Positions 25,335 through 32,000 of a stretch of 32,000 nt of DNA are shown here, piece by piece. The notes beneath the pieces are model-generated. The model saw nothing but the letters and a program-made list of their open reading frames with translations. It ran no database searches and had not been told where the DNA came from. The first letter of the stretch is position 1. The number at the start of each line of letters is the position of its first letter. Made by a program: the position numbers and the translations under genes. The DNA is from Planctopirus limnophila DSM 3776 (lineage in GTDB: Bacteria; Planctomycetota; Planctomycetia; Planctomycetales; Planctomycetaceae): contig NC_014148.1 in the NCBI RefSeq assembly GCF_000092105.1, positions 1 to 32,000 of the forward strand. The letters are read 5' to 3'.

Positions 25335-25664
25335 CTAGATTGAACCACCTTCGGTTGTAGCAACGGTCGAAGCGCCGCAAACGATTTCGCATGTGCCGTT
25401 GAGATCGCAATCATCAACTTCGTCGTTGTAGCGTGAACCAGCGGTTGCACTCTTGAACTTGGGGGAAATGGCCTTGAAGCCTGTGAAGTAATAGCTCTGA
25501 TCGAGACGGCCGATAGCGTTCGACAGGTCGTTCAATTCGGTGTTGATAGCAACAGCGACTTCGCTGAGGCCAACGATCACGCCGATGACGAGAATGGTGA
25601 GAACGAGAACGAGTTCAGCGCTGATGATGGCGCCGTTTTCATCGTTGAGCAGGTTACGAAACAT
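25335..25664 (-). CDS. Flp/Fap-family (type IVb, Tad-type) pilin-like protein with an extended Cys-containing C-terminal region
   Basis: MFRNLLNDENG-AIISAELVLVLTILVIGVIVGL resembles the Flp prepilin leader plus the hydrophobic G/xxxxE(Y/L) processing motif. The protein is 109 aa against the usual ~50-70. The C-terminus is DDCDLNGTCEIVCGAS. ATG 25664 was chosen over the 25721 extension. Confidence 0.7.
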   Translation of the reverse strand: MFRNLLNDENGAIISAELVLVLTILVIGVIVGLSEVAVAINTELNDLSNAIGRLDQSYYFTGFKAISPKFKSATAGSRYNDEVDDCDLNGTCEIVCGASTVATTEGGSI

Positions 25665-26665
25665 GTGTGAAACTTTCTGTGTGAACTGTTGAGATGAGAC
25701 ACCAGCACAGCGTGTTTTCACGCTGCTGCAAACAACTGTGGCGAGCTGTTTGCGATCCCTGAGGGCACAACCTCAAGAATCAGACGAACGGGTTGTGTGA
25801 TTGCCGGCCGACAATGCACACGCTGCGCAGCTATTGACGAGAAGAGAGCGAACTCTCTGAAGTCCGAGAGAAATTGGTCGCAAACCTCGTCGTTGATGAC
25901 GTCGTTTCGACTGACGCAAAGGCGAGCTTTGGACGCGTGTCGGGCGTGGCAACCCAACGCATGAATCGTTATGCACGCATGATGCCAGCGTGTTGACATT
26001 GACCCACACTGGAGGTGCAGCCGGAGATAATCGAAAGTACGTAACACCTTGATGTAAATGACAATACAACCATTTACCCGATGTTGACGAAAAACGTCAT
26101 ACCGCCCGTTCCACTCAGAAACTGTTCAAAGAGATGAACGGTCTGTATCGCGCCGCGATTCGCCATTTTTACATCTTTACCAAAAGAAACAGCCCACAAA
26201 GAGAGGCTGAATGTTAGGGGCGTGGTCTTTTGTTCATGTTTGTGATTTCGCTTGGCATTTGACCAGCCAGAGTTCGTCCCGATGGCAACCCATTCTTGAG
26301 AATCTGCCGGGTTGAGCGGGTTTGTTCCGTAGGTGAGCGACCGCAAGAAGGGTTATAATCAGCAAACGTCGATCTGATGGATGATGAGAATTTCATCCAG
26401 GTCGTTGTGAGATACTGAAGACTTTTGCCAATAAGAATTCTGAGAGAAATGAGAATCTCCGCTAGTCTCTTCGCAAGGCCTCGTCATGAGCATTGCGTGA
26501 TTTTGGGGGTGATCTGAACCTGCCTGAACTTGCCACAATCGCACGGTCTCACTTGCCCGAGGCAAGTGACCGTCGTCCTCTGCCTTGCCAACCTGACTCC
26601 TACGCAACATGAATTCAACACCTATGAACATGGCTTATCGTCTCCTGCAGGCTGAGCATCGGCCG

Positions 26666-27772
26666 ATGCGCTATCACTGGTTCTTTCTCTGCATGGTGAT
26701 GGGCTTACTGGCAGGTTGCGGCGAAGCACCGGGAATTCGCCAGTACGAAGTGACCCGACCAGAATTTGTCGAGCGGGGAAATGTGGATGTTCCTCAGGCA
26801 CCGCAGGTTGAACTTGAACCTGCGACAACCTGGGGAGCTATTTGGCCACGAGGGAACCAGGCGTGGTTTTTCAAAGCGACAGCTTCTCCGGAAGCGGTCG
26901 CAGGGTTGGCGACGAAATGGAAAGAGTTTGTCGCCAGCGTAAAGTTCAGCGATGGAAGCAATCCCGAATGGACGCTTCCGGAAGGCTGGTCACAACTCCC
27001 GGGGAATCAGTTTCGATTTGCCACACTCGTGATGAAAGATGCAGCGGGAGCCCCCATCGAGTTGACGGTTTCCTCATTACCTCGATCTCCCGAACAGTGG
27101 GACTCACAGCTCGATGCCAATCTTTCCCGATGGAAAGGTCAACTGGGGATCGGGCCCATGGAGAGTTCTTCTGTTTCTCAGACGACGGAAAAGCAGGGTG
27201 ACGATGAGGTCGTGTTCGTGCTGATGCAGGGCAGCAGGGCGAAAGGCCAGGGGATGATGGGTGGTATGTCAGCTCCCGGGACTGCTTCAACTGCGAATAT
27301 GCCTGCAGCAGAATCAGGCCAGACAAAGCCACCGGCTGTCAATGAGATGCAGAAAATGGTGGAAGGAGAGATCAAGCTCACTCCACCCGCAGAGTGGAAA
27401 CCCGGGAAGTTAAATGCCTTTCGCAAGGCGGCTTATGAAGTGACGCGAGGGGATGAGCGTGTCGAGATCACCGTCATTGATCTGGCTGGCGAATCGGGCG
27501 GGTTGCTGGAAAACATCAACCGCTGGCGTGACCAGGTGGGAATGCCAGCGATTGAACTTGCAGCCCTCACTTCTGAACTGAAAAACGTAAAGACAGCCAA
27601 TGGCCCTGCGCAGCTCATTGAGATTGAAGGTTCAAAAGGACAATCGATTCTGGGGGCTGTTTTGCCTCGTGGAGATCGAACATGGTTTGTCAAACTTCAG
27701 GGGAGCACACCACTGGCCCAGCAGGAGAAGGCCAGGTTTCTGGAGTTTCTGGAGACCAGTGCCTTACCTTAG
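26666..27772 (+). CDS. Lipoprotein of unknown function with an internal domain duplication
   Basis: Lipobox MRYHWFFLCMVMGLLAGC. Paired segments: PEGWSQLPGNQFRFATLVMKDAAGAPIELTVSSLP...ANLSRWKGQLGI vs PAEWKPGKLNAFRKAAYEVTRGDERVEITVIDLAG...ENINRWRDQVGM. Also WGAIWPRGNQAWFFKATAS vs LGAVLPRGDRTWFVKLQGS. The ORF is open from 26609. Confidence 0.75.
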   Translation: MRYHWFFLCMVMGLLAGCGEAPGIRQYEVTRPEFVERGNVDVPQAPQVELEPATTWGAIWPRGNQAWFFKATASPEAVAGLATKWKEFVASVKFSDGSNPEWTLPEGWSQLPGNQFRFATLVMKDAAGAPIELTVSSLPRSPEQWDSQLDANLSRWKGQLGIGPMESSSVSQTTEKQGDDEVVFVLMQGSRAKGQGMMGGMSAPGTASTANMPAAESGQTKPPAVNEMQKMVEGEIKLTPPAEWKPGKLNAFRKAAYEVTRGDERVEITVIDLAGESGGLLENINRWRDQVGMPAIELAALTSELKNVKTANGPAQLIEIEGSKGQSILGAVLPRGDRTWFVKLQGSTPLAQQEKARFLEFLETSALP

Positions 27773-27970
27773 AAGTTGTGGATCACCCTGGAGTATTGAG
27801 CTTTTGTGATCTGCCTGAAAATTGATACTTACGATTTGAGCCGAAAATCGTCGTCATTATCGAGAGACTTATGTTTCCAGCCCGAAGCGGCTGCCCATGA
27901 TTTTCACCATTGAAGAATTCGCCAGCTTTTCAAACCAGCGGCTCTTGGGCCGACGCCAGGATCATGCAAT

Positions 27971-30900
27971 ATGGCCACTGAATTTCTCCCCCGCACAGCC
28001 CTCAATGAACTGAATGTTCCGGCCATTTCGAAACCTGGCTTACTGGGCCTCGTTCGATCCGTCTTGATGCCTCTGGCTTCGTTGAAGTTGACAGTCGTGC
28101 TGTTCGCCATGGCAATCTTTATTGTGCTGGCGGGGACGCTGGCCCAGGTGGAAGACGATATCTGGGTGGTGATCCGTGATTACTTCCGCACGCCGATTGC
28201 ATGGATCAAGTTTCAGATATTCTTCCCCCCTTCGTTCTTTCCAGATATGCCCAAAATTCCGGGTGGTTTTTACTTCCCGGGGGGGTGGCTGATTGGAACG
28301 ATCATGGCTATCAACCTGCTGGCAGCTCACACCGTTCGCTTCACCTTTCAGGCGAAGGGGCTGCGTCTTTTTTCCGGAATCGGTGTGCTGCTGGTGGGTG
28401 CAGCCATGACCTGGGTCGTCATTATCAGTGGTGATAATGCCAGTGGAATTCTGCCCGAGAATCAACAACTTTACGATCAACTCTGGCTGTGCCTGAAGGT
28501 CAGTGTCTATGCTTCGTTTGTGCTGCTCTTTGCCTCTTTATTCTGGGTGCCACTTTCAAAACCTGTGACCTGGGGATTGCTGGCAACAGGTCTGGCCATT
28601 TCAATCGCGGGCATCATCTGGTTGCTCTTTCCAGGGAATAGCGAAACTCCCAGTCCCTCTTCGATGCGAATTCTCTGGCAATTGACCAAAGGAGGTCTGG
28701 CGGGCGGATGCTTACTGGCTGGCTGTCTGCTGGCCTTCGGTCAGCGCGCGGGGATTGTGCTGCTCCATGGTGGAATCGCCCTTCTGATGCTCAGTGAAGT
28801 CCTGGTAGGCACGCGAGCTGTCGAAGCTCAAATGTCGCTCTCGGAAGGACAAACACAGAACTTTGTACAGGATGTGCGGACTGTTGAACTGGCCATTTCG
28901 AACCCGCTCAATGACAAAAGCGAATCGGTGACGGTCATTCCTAGCAATGTCCTGCTGGGAGAACCCTGGGGTTGGAAGCGCTATCTCCCCGGCTTTCTGG
29001 GTGGTGGTTCAACAGGGGGAGCTCTTGATGAGACGTTGACCGACCCCGCGTTACCTTTCGGCATACGGATTCACAAGTTTTACAACAATGCCCAGATTGT
29101 TGATCCCAAATCGTTTGCCACAAATCCTGCGACGGCGGGCCATGGACTCAAAATTGGTGCCATAGCCGCTGAGACTTCCAAGGGGACGGATGCCGGTGGC
29201 AAAGTCGATATGCCGGCGGCGTATATTGAGCTGTTCAAGAATGACGGGACTTCGCTGGGAACTTATCTGGTTTCAGCACTCCTGGCGGAATCGGGTGAAA
29301 TCGATTCTGTCGATATCGATGGGAAAAAGTATCAACTGGCACTGAGGTTTGAACGTCATTACAAGCCTTACTCGGTCACGCTCAAAGATGTGCGGCGTGA
29401 GCTCTATATCGGTACCAGTACACCGAAAGACTTTTCTTCGGATCTCCATATTTACGACCCTGCGCGACATGTCGATCGCGATGTGAAGGTCTGGATGAAT
29501 AATCCGCTGCGATTTGCAGGGGATACGCTGTATCAGACGGGTTATCACCAGAGTCCGCAATCGGGGGCTGAGTTCTCCACGATCTCGGTGGTGGCGAATC
29601 AGGGCTGGATGATTCCTTATGTGAGCTGCATGATCGTGGCGATTGGGATGCTGGCCCAGTTTATGATCACGCTCTTGCGGTTTCTCAATCGCATTCAGAA
29701 GCCTGAGCCAGCTGCGATGAGCATAGCAGAGATCAGCGATGATCCCCGTCGGCGACCTGCAAAGCGACCTGTGGTTGAAGACGAACCCAAGCCCAAGACG
29801 TGGGGAGTGTGGGGCTGGATTCCAGCGGGAGTCGCAGTGCTGGTCTTTGGAGGTTACATCGCTGGCCAGAGCATGCCGCGTTCGACACCTTTCACAGAGT
29901 TTGATCTGGCCTCGTTCGGTGAACTCCCTGTCGTTTCGCAAGGACGTACCAAACCATTCGATACCCTGGCGAGAACATCACTCCAGGTCTTGAGTGGTAA
30001 ATCGACCTATGCCGATGCCAACGACAAGTCGCAACCGGCCATCCGCTGGCTGCTTGATATTATGGCGCAGCCGCGAGTGGGTGGTGATCACCGGGTGTTG
30101 CGGATCGAGAACTTTGAACTGCTGGCACTTTTGGGGCTGGAGCGTCGCCCTGGTTTTCGTTACAGCCCGATGGAAGTGGCTGATAAGCTGCCGGAACTGG
30201 CCCGTCAGGCAGATCTGGCTCGAGAAAAACCTGCGACTGAGTTAACGGCTTTTGAGAAGAAGCTGCTGCAGTTTGAGCGCCAGATTGGCCAACTCGATCT
30301 GCTGACTGCAGCCTTTGGATTGCCGCGGATTGGTCAGGAGAACCCGGCTAACGATCTGCGTGAAGCGATTCGTCGTCAGCAGGCGCTGGAAGTTCGTCAT
30401 CCACCACTGGCAGTCCCACCGGCTGCAGATGAAGACAAATGGCAGACATTTGCTTCCGCCTGGACGATGGGCATTATTCGTTCGGTTCTTTCTCGCGAAG
30501 AACAGGACAGCCAGGCACTGTCTTATCTGGTCACGATCTACTCCTCGTGGGCAGCCAATAAACCTCAGGAATTTAATAAAGCGGTTGCAGATTATCGGGA
30601 GTGGCTGGCGACACAGAACCTCAAAGATGTTTCGCTGACAAAGTTACGTTTTGAAGCCTATTTCAACCGGGTCGACTGGTTTACTCAGGCGGCTGTGGTG
30701 TACTTGGCGGGATTCGTGCTGGCCATGCTCTCGTGGCTCTTCTGGCAGAAGCCACTCGGGAGAGCCGCACTGGCGCTGCTGATTCTGGGCGTCATTGTGC
30801 ATACGTTGGCGCTGGCAGGCCGGATGTATATTTCGGGACGACCACCCGTAACCAATCTGTATTCTTCGGCGGTCTTCATTGGCTGGGCCAGTGTACTGCT

Positions 30901-31606
30901 GGGGATTTTGCTGGAGGCGATCTATCGCAATGGGATTGGCAATGTGATTGGAGCGACCGCTGGATATGCCACACTCCTGATTGCCTGGGGTCTGGCGGCT
31001 GATGGGGATACGTTCGATGTGCTGCAGGCCGTGCTGGATACACAGTTCTGGCTGGCGACACATGTGACGTGTATCACGCTGGGCTATGCGACCACTTACA
31101 TCGCGGGGCTCCTGGGGCTGATCTATCTGGTGCGTGGCGTGCTGACGCCTTCGCTGACTCCAAACATGCACCGCGAGCTTTATCGTATGACCTATGGCGT
31201 GTTGTGTTTCTCAATTTTCTTCAGTTTTGTCGGGACGGTGCTCGGCGGACTGTGGGCGGACGATTCGTGGGGCCGCTTCTGGGGATGGGATCCGAAAGAA
31301 AACGGCGCCCTGATGATTGTGCTGTGGAATGCACTGGCATTGCACGCCCGCTGGGGAGGCCTCGTGAAAGAACGAGGGCTGGCAGTCCTGGCTGTGATGG
31401 GGAACATCGTCGTGAGCTGGTCGTGGTTTGGCGTGAACGAACTGGGTGTCGGGCTGCATTCTTATGGGTTCAAAGAAGGAACCCTCTTCTGGCTGGGCCT
31501 GTTCGTCCTTTCGCAATTGGTCGTTGTGATGCTGGGGCTGGTTCCTAAAGGGTTCTGGTGGAGTGCCCGGAGACATCCGGAACTGCTGAGTTATTACGAC
31601 CGTTAA
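27971..31606 (+). CDS. ccsBA: System II cytochrome c biogenesis fusion protein CcsBA (ResB/CcsB-like N-terminal part fused to the CcsA heme-handling part)
   Basis: ResB-like N-terminus LASLKLTVVLFAMAIFIVLAGTLAQVEDDIW. ResB C-terminal block KDFSSDLHIYDP...VKVWMNNPLRFAGDTLYQTGY. CcsA WWD motif WADDSWGRFWGWDPKENGALMIVLWN, with flanking conserved His residues (LATHVTCITLGYA, ALHARWGG). Confidence 0.9.
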   Translation: MATEFLPRTALNELNVPAISKPGLLGLVRSVLMPLASLKLTVVLFAMAIFIVLAGTLAQVEDDIWVVIRDYFRTPIAWIKFQIFFPPSFFPDMPKIPGGFYFPGGWLIGTIMAINLLAAHTVRFTFQAKGLRLFSGIGVLLVGAAMTWVVIISGDNASGILPENQQLYDQLWLCLKVSVYASFVLLFASLFWVPLSKPVTWGLLATGLAISIAGIIWLLFPGNSETPSPSSMRILWQLTKGGLAGGCLLAGCLLAFGQRAGIVLLHGGIALLMLSEVLVGTRAVEAQMSLSEGQTQNFVQDVRTVELAISNPLNDKSESVTVIPSNVLLGEPWGWKRYLPGFLGGGSTGGALDETLTDPALPFGIRIHKFYNNAQIVDPKSFATNPATAGHGLKIGAIAAETSKGTDAGGKVDMPAAYIELFKNDGTSLGTYLVSALLAESGEIDSVDIDGKKYQLALRFERHYKPYSVTLKDVRRELYIGTSTPKDFSSDLHIYDPARHVDRDVKVWMNNPLRFAGDTLYQTGYHQSPQSGAEFSTISVVANQGWMIPYVSCMIVAIGMLAQFMITLLRFLNRIQKPEPAAMSIAEISDDPRRRPAKRPVVEDEPKPKTWGVWGWIPAGVAVLVFGGYIAGQSMPRSTPFTEFDLASFGELPVVSQGRTKPFDTLARTSLQVLSGKSTYADANDKSQPAIRWLLDIMAQPRVGGDHRVLRIENFELLALLGLERRPGFRYSPMEVADKLPELARQADLAREKPATELTAFEKKLLQFERQIGQLDLLTAAFGLPRIGQENPANDLREAIRRQQALEVRHPPLAVPPAADEDKWQTFASAWTMGIIRSVLSREEQDSQALSYLVTIYSSWAANKPQEFNKAVADYREWLATQNLKDVSLTKLRFEAYFNRVDWFTQAAVVYLAGFVLAMLSWLFWQKPLGRAALALLILGVIVHTLALAGRMYISGRPPVTNLYSSAVFIGWASVLLGILLEAIYRNGIGNVIGATAGYATLLIAWGLAADGDTFDVLQAVLDTQFWLATHVTCITLGYATTYIAGLLGLIYLVRGVLTPSLTPNMHRELYRMTYGVLCFSIFFSFVGTVLGGLWADDSWGRFWGWDPKENGALMIVLWNALALHARWGGLVKERGLAVLAVMGNIVVSWSWFGVNELGVGLHSYGFKEGTLFWLGLFVLSQLVVVMLGLVPKGFWWSARRHPELLSYYDR

Positions 31607-31657
31607 CTTGTTGGGCCTGATGTGTTCTCCCACGCGGACGCGGGCATAAGTCTTACT

Positions 31658-31683
31658 CCTTCTCCCGTTCCGACGGGAGAAGG
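31658..31683. other. Perfect 10-bp hairpin between convergent genes, followed by a G-rich tail
   Basis: CCTTCTCCCG (31658-31667), loop TTCCGA, CGGGAGAAGG (31674-31683), then CCGGGATGAGGGGAAG. There is no U-tract on either strand. Confidence 0.6.
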
Positions 31684-31719
31684 CCGGGATGAGGGGAAGA
31701 AATAACCAGTGCAATCAGA

Positions 31720-32000
31720 TCACTTCGACTTTCCACCGGCAATTCGATAGCCCAAGGTCTTGAGCTGATCGGTGATTCGCTGTAGCTGCTGCCCCTGAAT
31801 GATGAGATCGTCTTCCTCAATCGATCCACCAGCTCCACACGTCGATTTCAGACCTGTCAGCAATGCAGCAAAGTCTGTTGTCTCTCGCTTGAGACCGCGC
31901 ACGATCGTCACAAATCGATTCCCTTTGCGCTTTTCTTCAAACAGTTTCACCGTTTGAGTCTTAGGGTCGGCCCAGGTGGGAGCTTTGACGACCGGCGGGC
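31720..32000 (-). CDS. yciH: SUI1/eIF1-family translation initiation factor homologue (YciH-like), 5-prime end outside the window
   Basis: KLFEEKRKGNRFVTIVRGLKRETTDFAALLTGLKSTCGAGGSIEEDDLIIQGQQLQRITDQLKTLGYRI is the SUI1 fold pattern. The frame stays open upstream to the window edge (..PPVVKAPTWADPKTQTV), so the GTG at 31950 is probably internal. Confidence 0.85.
   Translation of the reverse strand, partial: PPVVKAPTWADPKTQTVKLFEEKRKGNRFVTIVRGLKRETTDFAALLTGLKSTCGAGGSIEEDDLIIQGQQLQRITDQLKTLGYRIAGGKSK

Noticed and set aside
25718-26631. Minus-strand ORFs of 90-109 aa in the pilin/lipoprotein spacer as possible genes, including possible extra Flp pilins.
   Set aside because: There is no Flp-type leader or hydrophobic helix, no signal peptides and no SD sequences. 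The translations are rich in Cys, His, Arg and Trp, as in random sequence. Two of the ORFs overlap each other in different frames.
1-32000. Searched for a mobile element or defence island (integrase, transposase, restriction-modification, toxin-antitoxin, Cas, abortive-infection ATPases).
   Set aside because: None of the 22 supported proteins carries such motifs. The genes are housekeeping or envelope or signalling types, and the composition looks uniform apart from the intergenic gaps noted above.

Overview
This looks like an origin-proximal chromosomal segment (dnaA near the left edge) from a moderately GC-rich bacterium. The gene content points to Planctomycetota, but that is an inference: a Tat-signal Gfo/Idh/MocA oxidoreductase, a DUF1080 protein, an ECF-sigma/Ser-Thr-kinase fusion, a secretin-N-like secreted protein, a fused CcsBA, and a fragmentary dcw cluster without ftsQAZ. 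I can support 22 protein-coding genes:
- dnaA
- a QseC/CusS-like two-component pair next to a secreted GRGPE-repeat protein
- an oxidoreductase and a 7Fe ferredoxin
- the sigma-kinase fusion
- murC-murB-X-ddl
- an ArsR / ThyX / SAMHD1-like HD hydrolase trio
- an orphan histidine kinase
- a secreted Ntn-hydrolase and a DUF1080 protein
- an FtsB-like membrane protein and an Flp-like pilin
- a duplicated-domain lipoprotein, a 1211-aa CcsBA fusion, and a partial SUI1/YciH gene

Several intrinsic terminators and inverted or tandem repeats are also visible. I found no rRNA, tRNA, CRISPR array, transposase or integrase, and no recognisable defence island.

The most unusual items are:
- the two-component system plus the GRGPE-array/OB-like secreted protein, where the kinase sensor loop has the same odd composition
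- the covalent ECF-sigma/kinase fusion with an atypical catalytic loop
- an unknown secreted protein, preceded by three phased direct repeats, sitting between murB and ddl
- interleaved inverted repeats between thyX and the HD gene
- an Flp-like pilin next to about 1 kb of apparently non-coding DNA

All functional calls come from motif recognition by eye; no searches were run.
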